This document shows, in pieces, positions 26,501-41,100 of a stretch of DNA of 64,000 nucleotides. The notes under the pieces are model-generated. The model ran no database searches. It was not told the origin of the DNA and worked only from the letters and a program-made list of their open reading frames with translations. Origin of the DNA: Macrostomum lignano (Eukaryota); contig NIVC01001957.1 of NCBI GenBank assembly GCA_002269645.1, positions 154,724 through 218,723 on the forward strand, in the 5' to 3' direction. The number at the start of each line of letters is the position of its first letter. Positions within the stretch are counted from its first letter, which is position 1. The position numbers and the translations under genes were made by a program.

Positions 26501-29500
26501 TCGTATGTGTATACGCTCGTACCTGCGTACGTACGAGTATCTGTGTACGTGTGAGCGATTCGTGGTCAGAAGGGATGAGCATGATTGCTTGCCTCCTCGT
26601 TGGCGGTGGCTACGAAAAAACTTATTACTGAGACAGTACTGTAGTTCTCAATTTTTCTTAGGGCGAGTCTGGTTGCTTCCCGAATCCATGGTTTGACTTG
26701 GACGCGTCGATGTTAACTCGGTGTTCAAGGACAGTAATTACCTCGTATAGTTAAAGGTACAGTGCTTGACAACAACTAGGTCAGAGTTGTTGCAGACCAC
26801 GTGCTATTTTTGCATGTCTTCTTTTTTATCCCTGTACGTGTCCCTGAACGTGATTTCATGACTGTTGTATTGGTTTAACAGCATTAGCCCCCAGCGGAAA
26901 CGTAGACAGATTAACATGAATCCGTTAAATGATGATTGCAAAAACAATGTCGTTAAATTTACCGGATGACTTCCCTCTTCCTTGACAACTCCGAGCACTT
27001 CCTTGATGCCCTGGGCGTTGAGCACGTCAGTCCGAAGGTTCATATCGCCGCTAGCTCCTCCGCTTCGCTTGGCTGCGGCTTTAGCGCGTTCAAGAATCTT
27101 CTTCGGATTCATGGCCACAGAGCGGAATAGGCGCTTGCGAAAGTTGTCTGCGCTGGCGAAATAGAGCGAGCCGTCGAATTTGAAAATTTTCAGGCCAGGA
27201 ATTTCTTCGGCCTGAATAGTAAATATTTTTGGGTTCACGAATTTCAGTAAAAACGAAGTGTCGATTTTGTGCGAGGCCATGCTACTTTTTGGCTTGTACT
27301 ATTCTCAGCTGTTAAGAGTCAACCACTAGAGGCACTGTGCATTACACGACTGATGATAAGAGTTACCTAGTAAAGACTTTTACAGCTTGTGTGAGCGCTG
27401 GCCTGCGAATTTTCACTTTATTGTCTATGGTATCTATCCCTGTGCTCACGGACCGTCATGCTGTCCTGTTGACGTAAGTGGCCTAAGAAATGCATAGTGA
27501 CGGCAGCAACTACTAAGAGACTGAGCTACATGCTAGCACGACCGCTATGTACCAATCGTCTTACAATAGCCTCATCGGCTATAACTCGATATTTTTTTAA
27601 AGTTCTCTATGCTCTGAAACTCACCCCTTTAATCTTCTTAATGTTCTTATAAATGTCAGTTTTCGGCACTCGTCCCAGCAGGTAGGCCTTCGGAGCCTGG
27701 GTCCGATAAATGATGGTGAGCAACGAGAAGGCGACCCCGATTCCCAGACCGATGGGCAGGTCCAGACCAAGGATTGCAGCCAGCGTTACAATCCAAATTG
27801 ACTGTAATTACATGGGAATTCAACTAATTACAATCAATCATATTGTAAAAAGTAATAAACAGTGAAAGTACAAAGTCGTATCGATTGGTTCGCCACAGTC
27901 GAGGCAGTTGCTCCACTTGCAGGATCATGTTCTTCAAATTCACGATTATAATTGCGGAAAGTACGCACTGAAATTGATAATGCAATTATAATATAGGATT
28001 GCTCACTTGATCAGCAAATTATGGAATAGACTGCTGATAAACAGGTATTCACCTTGGGTACCGGCTCAAAATAGGAGCAAAAAGTAAGAATGCTGATTAG
28101 TGTAATTATTGTAGCGTAAACCGAATAGATCTGAAGTGCGAAATAAAATGGCACATTGTAAACGGCATAAGGTATTATTCCTAAATTATGACTCTTACGC
28201 TTGTACTTAAGGCAACTTTTTCTTACTAGTGTCTTTCCTCTCATGGACTCGTGCAGCGAGGTGCAAGCAATGGACGAGGCCGACACGAACGTGCTGAACC
28301 AGCTCATGCCGAAGTTGACAAATCCGTAGGCTAGGACCTCCTGGTTGGCGTCCACTTCATATCCGTGACGTAGAGCGAAGGTCTTGGCTACAGACACCGA
28401 CAGGGCATAGGAGATTATGCCAAGCACGATGCCGTTCACTAAAATTCCGGACCCGCTTGTGAAATGCTCCGGCAGTGGAGCGCGCGGCACCTCGAATCTG
28501 AAGTTAAATTTTGATGGGTCGCTTTTAAACCGGTGTCAGAAATGCGGTGTCAGATGGGTCTTAGCTAAAAAGTTCTATTTGCTTCACACACTGCCTTTTA
28601 CGAGGGGTGTTCCATAAGTCTTTTCCGTTTTGAGTATAGCTTAGGCTGTAAAGGTCTTATTGATGAACAGTCTTCGACGTTAAGAACTTTTTTCTATGCT
28701 TCTTTTGACACCAAAGTCATATTGAAGTGTCAAACCAACGCTCAACTACGCTCATATAAGTTTTGGCCGTAAATACCTCCTACTCTGTTTCATGTCTGCA
28801 TAAAAGTAACCCTGTCAATCGGATGAAAATGCGTAAGAGTCTTTTTAATCCTATACTGATGGATAAAGTCATATCCGACACTGACAAGCAGACTTTTCAT
28901 TACTGCTATGTTGAATTGTTTCTATTCGCTGCTTCTGTCAAAGTAAAAGACGTGTGGCTTTTTCTCACAGAGAAAGTTTTTTTAAATTTTAATTATACCT
29001 TTAAAAGAAGCGATAGATAACGGTGGCAAAAGTGGTATTTTACATTTTCCAAGCGCGGCTTACCCTTGTCGAATGACGCCAACATTTTCCACTTTAATAG
29101 TCCCCTTCCAATTCATGAACTGCGACATTAGAAGACTTGTAATCAACTGAAATCAAGTTATATTGTGTTTGTGTGCTTCTTATACTCGTATCTTCTCGTG
29201 GCTCGTAACAACAAATCAACGGTTTAAAAAAATAGCGCAAACCTTACCACAATGATGTCGATTGGAATTGGAATTTTCACATATTTAGAGCACTTCTCGT
29301 TCACCAGCTTGATGGCCAGCAGCAGAGCAAAGAAGGCTACGAAAATGCCGATTGTGTATCCGTTTACCTGACCCGTGAATAGCCTTTTGAATGCCTCGAT
29401 AAAGTACTAAATGGGGTTAGATGGAATACAAAAAACAGATGTAGACATCTCAACTTATAATACTGACAGAATGTCAAATACCAATTGATTAGGTTACATC

Positions 29501-32500
29501 TCAAACGAAACTTGAACAAGTCAACGCTATTGCAAGTTTGTGTCGATTAAAAACTAAACTAGAACGACACGGCTCTAAGAAATTAGTTTAATTTCTTAGT
29601 ATTTTTAGTGTCGTATCTGGACTACTGAATTAAAAAATATGTCCAAGTAGAACAACCATGTGTCTTATCCTACGTTGATTAACAAATTTGTCGAACCAAA
29701 GTTTAACAAAATTTTATCAAAGAGTAATAAGAAATATTTTTAAAGAAATTTTGTTCGAATTTCTTTTTGCAAACTTATTTAAAAAAGTAAATCTCAATTT
29801 AGTGAAAAAAACTATACTATGCGCGTTGAAGCTCCATTAAGTTTTCTTCAAAACTATTAACATTAATGAACTTGCGAATTAGGACCTCAGTAACTTTATT
29901 ACTAAAAAACGCTCACAATAGTTTACCTGACCACCTGCAAGAACCAAAGCCATTGCTACTCACCATGAAGAATTTCCCGTTGCCATTTATGGCCGGAATT
30001 TTCGCTCCGAGCAGATTGCCCAACTGACTGCTGACGATGTGCAGCGCAGCACCGCAGGTGAACGCGCTATTCAACGGATCGGACATGTAGATGGTGAGAA
30101 AGCCCAGCTGCAGAGCGCCCAGCAGAATCTGCAACAGGCCAGCAACCATGGTAATGGATAAGGCCACCATTGCGTTTGCGTCATCCCGGTTAATGCAGCC
30201 AGCTGGAAATGCGAGGGAAATTCCAGTTATGTTGATTTGACAGGCAAATACGCTTGAATATAATAGCCCTCTAAAAGTTTTTTCAAAATTTTTCTACATT
30301 AAAAAAAACTACCGTCGTCTACAGTTTTTCTATTGGTACAGCTCGACGATAAGTTGTTGAAGTTTCTTTAAAAAGGAATCATAATTAGATAGATTTCGCC
30401 ACTGATGTTAAAAATGCAAAGAAACCAACCTGTCGCTCCTGTCGTGACATTCGGAGCCGTAGTAACCAAAGCCATTGTTTTAGATTCGGTAGCAATGGTA
30501 GTTGATTCGTTGCCAGTATACAGACCAACATTAGAGACTGAGGCAGTTTCGCAGAGTCCAACACCATTGGGGTACACCTGTTGGACACCGGCTCGAACTG
30601 CTTCGCCAACAATTAGCGATACGGCGCCTTGACTTGCTAAAAATTAATTAGTTAATTCGATTTCAAGATTAGCGGTTGCATTGTGCATCGATGTTTACCT
30701 TTTAGGGATGCTAAACAAGCAATGCTGTTTTGTCTTTTTGGGTTGTTAATAAAATGACAACTCGACTGTCGATCATGACGGTTGGATTGTTGATGAGGTG
30801 ACGGTTGGATTGTTGATGAGGTGACGGTTGGATTGTTGATGAGGTGACGGTTGGATTGTTGATGAGGTGACGGTTGGATTGTTGATGAGGTGACGGTTGG
30901 ATTGTTGATGAGGTGACGGTTGGATTGTTGATGAGGTTACGGTTGGATTGTTGATGAGGTGACGGTTGGATTGTTGATGAGGTGACGGTTGGACTGTTGA
31001 TGAGGTGACGGTTGGATTGTTGATGAGGTGACGGTTGGATTGTTGATGAGGTTACGGTTGGACTGTTGATGAGGTGACGGTTGGATTGTTGATGAGGTGA
31101 CGGTTGGATTGTTGATGAGGTGACGGTTGGATTGTTGATGAGGTGACGGTTGGATTGTTGATGAGGTTACGGTTGGATTGTTGATGAGGTGACGGTTGGA
31201 TTGTTGATGAGGTGACGGTTGGATTGTTGATGAGGTGACGGTTGGATTGTTGATGAGGTTACGGTTGGACTGTTGATGAGGTGACAGTTGGATTGTTGAT
31301 GAGGTGACGGTTGGACTGTTGATGAGGTTACGGTTGGATTGTTGATGAGGTGACGGTTGGACTGTTGATGAGGTGACGGTTGGATTGTTGATGAGGTGAC
31401 GGTTGGATTGTTGATGAGGTGACGGTTGGATTGTTGATGAGGTGACGGTTGGACTGTTGATGAGGTGACGGTTGGACTGTTGATGAGGTGACGGTTGGAC
31501 TGTTGATGAGGTGACGGTTGGACTGTTGATGAGGTGACGGTTGGATTGTTGATGAGGTGACGGCTGGATTGTTGATGAGGTGACGGTTGGACTGTTGATA
31601 ATGTTTCGGTTGGACTGTTGATGGGGTGTCGGTTGGACTGTTGATGGGGTGTCGGTTGGACTGTTGATGGGGTGACGGTTGGACTGTTGATGAGGTGACG
31701 GTTGGACTGTTGATGAGGTTGGATTGTTAATGAGATGGCGGTTAGATTGTGATAATGTGACGCTTGGACTGTTTTTCCTATAGATTGAAATTCCAATTAG
31801 CTAGATGACGGTTCTGTCTCGTAATAAACCTTTTAAAAAATTTAGTAAGGCAGACAAATCAACTTACACATGTTGAGATGATTCGACGTCCCGAAGATAA
31901 AGTAGATCAGCATAGCAAAAAAGGCCGAATAGAATCCGTATTGCGGCTTCACGTTTGCCAACAATGAGAAAGCGATTGCTAAAATTCAACAAGGAAAAGC
32001 TTGACTTTTTAACGTCATTAAAATTAATTAAAGTGCTTTTTAAACTCACCCTGCGGAATGATGAACAGCCCAACGCTAACACCTGAAATAAGGTCAAACA
32101 CAGCGTACTCGCGAACTTTATAGTTGACAAACACGTTGATGCATGGAAACGCTTTGTTAAGAATGCCAATGGCTTTAGTTTTTATGTCCTTTTTCTCTTT
32201 AAATTGATTGGCTTTGCGTTGCTGCATCAAATTGAGCCGGTGCGCTTTGCGTTCGCTCGGTTCCAGACGAATCTGATACTCTTCTTCCAGCTGCACTTCG
32301 TTGTAGGTTGGCCTGGAAGCAATCGTTCCACCGCGTTTGCCGTCGCCTCCAGCGCCGCCACCGGCTGATGCCGTGATGGCTGCGAGATCCGTCAGCCTCT
32401 CGTTCGACATCTGCTTGCGAAGATCTCTGGGAATGTTGGCCAGGTTTCGGTTCGGCTGGCCGCCTCCGCCACCGCCTCCGCCGCCGCCGCCGCCATCGCC

Positions 32501-32530
32501 GCCACCGCCCCCAGGACGTCCCGAAGACAT
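23570..32530 (-). CDS. SLC26/SulP anion transporter with STAS domain, copy A, ~1001 aa; exons 32530-32050, 31978-31868, 30636-30430, 30202-29964, 29406-29248, 29146-29064, 28497-28227, 28130-28053, 27967-27872, 27801-27625, 27211-26963, 26296-25886, 25286-25222, 23948-23570
   Basis: Family motifs DLISGVSVGLFIIPQ, YGFYSAFF..LIYFIFGTS, GFLTIYMSDP, DANQE, KFDGSLYFASA, STAS ILDLSACAFIDAVG. Fourteen GT-AG exons sum to 3006 nt in frame; ends ETRF (PDZ-type). No one-to-one vertebrate orthologue is assigned. Confidence 0.93.
23983..25030. repeat. Perfect 16-bp minisatellite (CTAAAGCCCCTTGGTG), ~65 units, last intron of SLC26 copy A
   Basis: No variant units seen. Confidence 0.98.
25410..25683 (-). 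mobile_element. tRNA-derived CORE-like SINE (copy 2, more degenerate; SLC26 copy A intron)
   Basis: Collinear with 22238-22522; B box degenerated to GGTTCGATTCT. Confidence 0.78.
30775..31745. repeat. 23-bp minisatellite (GATGAGGTGACGGTTGGATTGTT), ~42 units, intron 2 of SLC26 copy A
   Basis: Tandem units; source of spurious ORF 31167..31796. Confidence 0.96.
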
Positions 32531-32628
32531 GTCAAATTTGTTAGAATTTTCCCAGTTTTCCAAAATTAATTCACTCGATGCTCGGATTCCTGGGGAATGG
32601 TTATAAAAGGGGATGTGAACTTAAGAGT

Positions 32629-33195
32629 CAAAATAAAGCCCGAAATACACGGTCCCGATTTCTCTAAGCCAATCCCTTCATCTGGAGCCAAATTGCTCCC
32701 ATTATGCCGAAAACGCGACCACCGTAGCATTTGGGGATCTCTACGCTCTTATGGGGAGAAATGGTTGTGAGGGAGCTTATAGCACCTTTGACCATGATAT
32801 AAATGTGCTATTTATGTCTCCACAGAGACAGGGAAACACAATGAGAGCTTGGCTGGGGGCAACAGCATAAACAATGTTGAGATAACATAATGGAGGGAAT
32901 AAAATAACATTACTATCGCTTTTATTCATCATACTAACACATAAAAAGAGCGTTTATCCTGGTCTTCTCGTCATATAAGCATTTGAAGCTCCAAATGAAG
33001 GTATTGGCATAGAGAAACCGGGACCCAATGCTTCATGCTCCATTCTGGAGCCTTAGTTTAGCTCACGTGAAATCCTCATTTATTCGTTTCTCCCCATAGA
33101 GATCCCCAAATGCTAAACCGGTTGGTTTTTGGTGGTCAGGAGCAATTTGGCTCCAAGTAGAGAAATAGGGACCGTATATTTCGGGCTTCATTTTG
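32629..33195. mobile_element. MITE/foldback-like element with long imperfect TIRs, ~100 bp upstream of the SLC26 copy A start codon
   Basis: Left CAAAATAAAGCCCGAAATACACGGTCCCGATTTCTCT..GGAGCCAAATTGCTCC..TAGCATTTGGGGATCTCT..ATGGGGAGA matches the reverse complement of 33090-33195. No clear TSD. Confidence 0.8.
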
Positions 33196-33699
33196 GCTAT
33201 TCTGTTTCAACAATAGCCCTTAATTTATAATGCTAACAACCTACCATCTTATCCAACAACAACTTACCCAAACAGTAGTAACAGCCAGATCTCGGAATCG
33301 TCCTTCGAAAGAATCAACTCTTCTACTAAGACGAGGCTAGAAAAATCAGCTATTTAGAGTCAGAAAAATGGAGAAGAGATCAGGCCTAATTAAGCACCGG
33401 AAGAGAATGCAAAACAATTTGCTGCTTTAAGACCTGTGAAACTTGTTGGAATTAGCTGACTCTGTTTGCCTGTGCCAAGCTCTGTAATAGCTAATGAATT
33501 ACCGGAAAAGAAAATAGTAATCAAGCGCGTTTAGCACTATCAGACTTTATGGTTAACCGTTGAATTTCCAATATCAATACCAATTTTCTGAATCACTGAG
33601 TTCGTCGGTTTTGACTGATTGCAATTGGCAAATGTGTCTTTAGAATTGAGTCAGGAAAATGTATAGAAAATGGGGTATGTTGAGAGGCATGCTGAATTT

Positions 33700-35080
33700 T
33701 CATCTGAGGGGGCGCCAGTTCATCTGAGGGGGCACCAGTTCATCTGAGGGGGCGCCAGTTCATCTGAGGGGGCGCCAGTTCATCTGAGGGGGCACCAGTT
33801 CATTTGAGGGGGCGCCAGTTCATCTGAGGGGGCGCCAGTTCATCTGAGGGGGCGCCAGTTTATTTGAGAGGGCGCCAGTTCATCTGAGGGGGCGCCAGTT
33901 TATTTGAGAGGGCGCCAGTTCATCTGAGGGGGCGCCAGTTTATTTGAGAGGGCGCCAGTTCATCTGAGGGGGCGCCAGTTTATTTGAGAGGGCGCCAGTT
34001 CATCTGAGGGGGCGGGCGCCAGTTAATCTGAGGGGGCGCCAGTTCATCTGAGGGGGCGCCAGTTTATTTGAGAGGGCGCCAGTTCATCTGAGGGGGCGCC
34101 AGTTTATTTGAGAGGGCGCCAGTTCATCTGAGGGGGCGCCAGTTTATTTGAGAGGGCGCCAGTTCATCTGAGGGGGCGGGCGCCAGTTAATCTGAGGGGG
34201 CGCCAGTTCATCTGAGGGGGCGCCAGTTCATCTGAGGGGGCACCAGTTCATCTGAGGGGGCGCCAGTTCATCTGAGGGGGCGCCAGTTCATCTGAGGGGG
34301 CACCAGTTCATCTGAGGGGGCGCCAGTTCATCTGAGGGGGCGCCAGTTTATTTGAGAGGGCGCCAGTTCATCTGAGGGGCGCCAGTTTATTTGAGAGGGC
34401 ACCAGTTCATTTGAGGGGGCGCCAGTTCATCTGAGAGGGCACCAGTTCATCTGAGGGGACGCCAGTTCATCTGAGGGGGCGCCAGTTCATCTGAGGGGCA
34501 CCAGTTCATCTGAGGGGGCACCAGTTCATCTGAGGGGGCGCCAGTTCATCTGAGGGGCGCCAGTTCATCTGAGGGGGCACCAGTTCATCTGAGGGGGCGC
34601 CAGTTCATCTGAGGGGGCGCCAGTTTATTTGAGAGGGCGCCAGTTCATCTGAGGGGCGCCAGTTTATTTGAGGGGGCACCAGTTCATCTGAGGGGGCGCC
34701 AGTTCATCTGAGGGGGCGCCAGTTTATTTGAGAGGGCGCCAGTTCATCTGAGGGGGCGGGCGCCAGTTAATCTGAGGGGGCGCCAGTTTATCTGAGGGGG
34801 CGCCAGTTTATTTGAGAGGGCGCCAGTTCATCTGAGGGGCGCCAGTTTATTTGAGGGGGCGCCAGTTCATCTGAGGGGGCGCCAGTTCATCTGAGGGGGC
34901 ACCAGTTCATCTGAGGGGGCGCCAGTTCATCTGAGGGGGCGCCAGTTCATCTGAGGGGCGCCAGTTCATCTGAGGGGGCGCCAGTTCATCTGAGGGGGCG
35001 CCAGTTCATCTGAGGGGGCGCCAGTTCATCTGAGGGGGCGCCAGTTCATCTGAGGGGGCGCCAGTTCATCTGAAGGGCAC
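33700..35080. repeat. GC-rich 20-bp minisatellite (GGGGGCGCCAGTTCATCTGA), ~69 units
   Basis: Tandem units with a TTATTTGAGAGG variant. Confidence 0.96.
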
Positions 35081-35724
35081 TATTTTATTGGAGAGGGCGC
35101 GCCATTTAATTTGACGGGACGCCATTTGCAAGAAAGCGTATTGCATTGCGACCGAAAAAAAACGAATTCACCAAGCTGTATGTTTGTTTTAATCGCAGTC
35201 AAATTTTCTCAACACCGACAACTGTAACCGAGTTTTGTAGAAGGGGCTGCTGTTTCTGCAACTCAGTTGCTTATTCGTCGCCAAACTAATTTTGGCTTCC
35301 CGTCAAAAAGTACCGCTTGCAAAGGGGCAACGGCTTGCTGCTTCATTAGCAAATTCGACGTATTCTGCTCAATGCCTTGACTTTATTGCATTCTTTCTTA
35401 TAAGTCAACCCCTACGTGCTTAAAACCGAGAACAGCGAACAAGCTGATAAAACTTTGACGTTCGTCCGACGTTCGGTTTGGGTTTAAAGTAGAAAAACTT
35501 TACGATATAAACTGCATTCAAGATAAAGACAGTGAAGCAGAACTCCCTGATCAGGACTTGGTCTGTGAGCCTTACTGACTGCTTAAGAATGCACTAAAAG
35601 CAGTCACGGTTCACCCTCATGGTCATAAGATCGAACGCTATTTGAAGTTTCCAACAAAATTATATCGCCTTTAAATTGCCTAAAAAAGAAGAACATCAAA
35701 AAGTTAATTAGCTGAAATACTTAC

Positions 35725-36699
<975 letters not shown>

Positions 36700-37189
36700 C
36701 TTCCCTTTAACGCCCATAGTGAGTCATGCGTGTGGCACGGAGGTTCAGTATTTTTCAATAGCCTTCAAAGGGAGTAGCCGTTCAGATACGGTAGACGCCA
36801 AAGGCTGGATGTCGAGCAGGCATATTATGACTTTTACTTGCCAGTCACCAGTGGGCAATGCATTATCGTTTTCTGTCTTATCAGCTTAGGGCGCGAGTTT
36901 TACAGCGCAGAGATAGATAGCGCCCCAGCAAGCTTGAGGTCACAAAAGCGCATAAATAGAATGAAGAAATGAGCGCAATGCCAGAAACGCTATCAATTCG
37001 TGCTGAGCACTTAATCGGAATTTTTTGTTATCGACTTTGAGCAAAGCCTGAACGTCGAGCATAACGGACCGAATTTGATTGCTGAGCAGTGGAAAACAGA
37101 AGGACGACGGCTTACACACTGTTTTGCTTAAACCAAGTCTTTCTTCTCTTGAAACGATCGAGGTAAGTCGAGTAATAATGTGAACGGTC

Positions 37190-38072
37190 CGTAACGAATT
37201 CTAATGAACTCTTGATGATGGGATTTGAATGTAATCTATCGAATTCTAATGAACTCTCAGTGGGATTCGAATGTAATCTATCGAATTCTAATGAACTCTC
37301 AATGGGATTCGAATGTAATCTATCGAATTCTAATGAACTCTCAATGGGATTCGAATGTAATCTATCGAATTCTAATGAAATCTCAATGGGATTCGAATGT
37401 AATCTATCGAATTCTAATGAACTCTCAATGGGATTCGAATGTAATCTATCGAATTCTAATGAACTCTCAATGGGATTCTAATGTAATCTATCGAATTCTA
37501 ATGAAATCTCAATGGGATTCGAATGTAATCTATCGAATTCTAATGAACTCTCAATGGGATTCGAATGTAATCTATCGAACTCTAATGAACTCTCAATGGG
37601 ATTCGACTGTAATCTATCGAATTCTAATGAAATCTCAATGGGATTCGAATGTAATCTATCGAATTCTAATGAACTCTCAATGGGATTCGAATGTAATCTA
37701 TCGAACTCTAATGAACTCTCAATGGGATTCGACTGTAATCTATCGAACTCTAATGAACTCTCAATGGGATTCGAATGTAATCTATCGAATTCTAATGAAC
37801 TCTCAATGGGATTCGACTGTAATCTATCGAACTCTAATGAACTCTCAAAGGGATTCGAATGTAATCTATCGAATTCTAATGAACTCTCAATGGGATTCGA
37901 CTGTAATCTATCGAACTCTAATGAACTCTCAAAGGGATTCGAATGTAATCTATCGAATTCTAATGAACTCTCAATGGGTTCGAATGTAATCTATCGAATT
38001 CTAATGAACTCTCAAAGGGATTCGAATGTAATCTATCAAACTCTAATGAACTCTCAAAGGGATTTGAATGTA
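37190..38072. repeat. 42-bp minisatellite (GAATGTAATCTATCGAATTCTAATGAACTCTCAATGGGATTC), ~21 units, just upstream of SLC26 copy B
   Basis: Tandem units; ends ~70 bp before ATG 38143. Confidence 0.95.
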
Positions 38073-38142
38073 GAGTTCGATCTCAGAATGACCAAAAAAT
38101 GATTCCATCATACTTATTAATACTCAAACAGAAGCGACAGCC

Positions 38143-41100
38143 ATGACGGACAAAGACTTCAGGAGGCCAAGCGTCGCCTCCCTCAGCGAGTTGCGCAACC
38201 AACTGCCTGACGATCTTCGTCAGCAGCAGAACTCGCGACAGACCGCGTCGAGGCCAACCTACACGGAGGTGCAGCTGGAGGAGGTGCACCAAATCAAACT
38301 GGATGACGACGAGAAAATCCGACACAAGAAGCAGCTTATGGAAAATCGCAAGGCCGGCCCGAAAGAAGTCCGTAGCAAAGGCGCCGTGGCTTTGGGAATA
38401 CTGAGTAAAATATTCCCCGTAATTAAGGTCTTCGTCAACTACAAAGTCAAAGAGTACGCGGTGTACGATCTCCTGTCAGGAATTAGTGTGGGAATGTTTA
38501 TCATTCCTCAAGGTGAGCGGGGTTACTACGGTTTCTAATAGCTAATGTATTCACAGATGCCACTATTTACTGTCGTCATTGACAACTGACGTAGAAGGAT
38601 GCTAACACGTTCAATTTCTTAGAAATCTGCACTGGAAAAATCTGATTTCTTAGCGTCCTTCTTTATCGGTCTTCAGTTAATACTAACACCACCATCACCT
38701 ATTTCAGCCATCGCTTTTTTCCCTGCTGGCCCAGGTGAAGCCTCAATACGGTTTTTATTCCGCTTTCTTTGCCATGCTGATTTACTTTATTTTCGGCACC
38801 TCAAATCATCTGAATATGTGTAAGTTTGACGCCTGCTATTTCAATTTTTATATGCTCTTGGAGATAGAAATCTGACAAGGAAGCTGCGTGTACTATCGAT
38901 TGGTGACTTCTCTGCTTTTCAAGTCTCCGTGTCTGTCACTCGTTTAACAGGTGACTTCTCTGTATCTAACAGGTGACTCCTCTATCTAACAGCTGACCCA
39001 TCTGTGTCTAACAGGTGACTCCTCTGTGTCTAACAACTGACCCCTCTGTGTCTAACAGGTGACTTCTCTGTGTCTAACAGAGTGACTCATCTGTGTCGAA
39101 CAGTTGACTCATCTGTGTCTAACAGGCGACTCCTCTGTGTCTAACAGGTGACTCCTCTGTGTCTAACAAGTGACTCCTCTGTGTCTAACAAGTGACTCAT
39201 CTGTGTCGAACAGTTGACTCATCTGTGTCTAACAGGCGACTCCTCTGTGTCTAACAGGTGACTCCTCTGTGTCTAACAAGTGACTCCTATATCGGGTGAC
39301 TCTCAATTTAATGAGTGATTGAAAAAAACCAAAAACGTCTGCTCACCGCCAACCAACCCCCAATTCAGCCAGTCAAGGTGCCGTTTCGCTCCTGGTCGGC
39401 GAAGCTGTGCTGGCTGGCGTGGAACAGGTGCACCCTAACGGGGCCGGGATCTGCGTCGAGCCTAACGACACCATCACCACTTTGGGGCCGAATCTGAACT
39501 TCACTGATCTAACGACTGAGATGACGACAACTTTGCTGACGACTACAATGGATATGATTGGAATTAACAGCACCGCTAGTAAGGAAAATTCCTGTCTGGG
39601 TTGGGTCAGATATGCCTCAGATAGAAAGTAATAAAAATTGCTACTTACCCAAATTGAAACTGGTTCTTAAAGAAAAATTATTTTGTCGTCAATCCCAGAC
39701 CCAGACATGTGCATCCCCCGAGCTGACGCCAACACTCTGGTCTCAATATCCATCACCATGGTGGCCGGAGCTGTCCAATTGCTGCTCGGATTGCTGCAGT
39801 TCGGCTTTCTCACCATCTACCTGTCCGATCCGTTGAACAGCGCGTTCACCTGCGGGGCCGCTCTGCACATCTTAAGCAGTCAATTGGCCAACATGCTCGG
39901 CACGACTCTCCCGCCAATCTCGGGTGTTGGAAAATTCTTCGTGGTGAGTCACGTTTGAATTGGTTTTGGCTGCTAGGATATAGCTCGTAGAGCTGGGCAA
40001 CTTGAGCAGTTTGCTCTTATGTCGGTCAGTGTACATTGGCAAATTCTCTTAGCTGTCAATGCACCGCGTCCCTATTTGGTTTATGATAATCTAAGAAGAC
40101 AACCAATTAGTTATTTGTCCGGCCCTTTGCTTCGTTTCAGTACTTTGTAGAGGCGTTCAAACAGATTTCTGCCGGAAACGTAAACGTGGCATCGATCATA
40201 GTATGTCTGGTATCTTTCGCTGTGCTGCTAGCTGTCAAGATAATTAACGAAAAATGCTCAAAGTACGTCAAGATTCCTATTCCAATCGACATTATTGTGG
40301 TGAGTTTTGCCAACATTTTCTTATTTTTACACATAAGGAATTCTTAACACGTCATAAATTTTCTATATGGTCAAGAAAATACTTGATGCTCGTAGGTTGC
40401 CAGAGATTAGATTAATTCTATGAATACCAAGGACATCTTAAAGAAGTCAAGGTCGTCTTTTGATGTCAAAAAATGTCTTAAGATGTTAAGGACGTCGTAG
40501 GATATCGTCTTAGGATGTTAGGGACATATTAGGCTATCAAAAATTTCAAGGTCTTAGGATGTCAAGAGTGTATTAGGGTGTCAAGGATGTCTTAGGAGTT
40601 CAAGGATGTGTTAGGATGTCAAGAATGTTTTAGGAATTCAGGGATGTCAAGATGTTTTAGAATGTCAAGAATGTCCAGGATATCTTAGGATGTCAAGGAT
40701 GTCAAGGATGTCTTAGGATATCAAGGATGTCTTGGGGTCGCAAGGACAAAGATGTTAAGGATATCTTAGGATGTCAAAGATGTTTTAGGACATCATCAAG
40801 AGTGTATAAAACGACTTTAAAGACACATAATCATTTCGATCGAAAACGTTTCACTGTGGTAAAACATTTAAAAACATGATCCACTTGCTTCTCAAAACGC
40901 TAATTAAGCTTGTGACGAGTTTGCTGCTGTCACAGTTTCTGAACTGGGAAACCGAGCTAGATATTTCAACTGTCGGAGCCATTGAGAGAGGGTGAGCGAC
41001 TTCTTTGAATGTTTTTACTGTAATGCTCCATCAAGGCGCATTTACAATAGCTTGAAGTTCCTACTTAAAACGAACCTTCAGATTCCGGGCACCTACCGCT

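Noticed and set aside
26385-26760. Possible extra SLC26 copy A exon between 26963 and 26296
   Set aside because: All phase-0 candidates hit stops, and copy B has no counterpart.
32531-32563. ORF-track start MENWENS for SLC26 copy A
   Set aside because: That start is a TTG; the first ATG is at 32530 (MSSGRPG).
33700-35080. CTCF-site array (AGGGGGCGC)
   Set aside because: Only the 3' half of the motif matches, and there is no evidence CTCF exists or binds in this organism.
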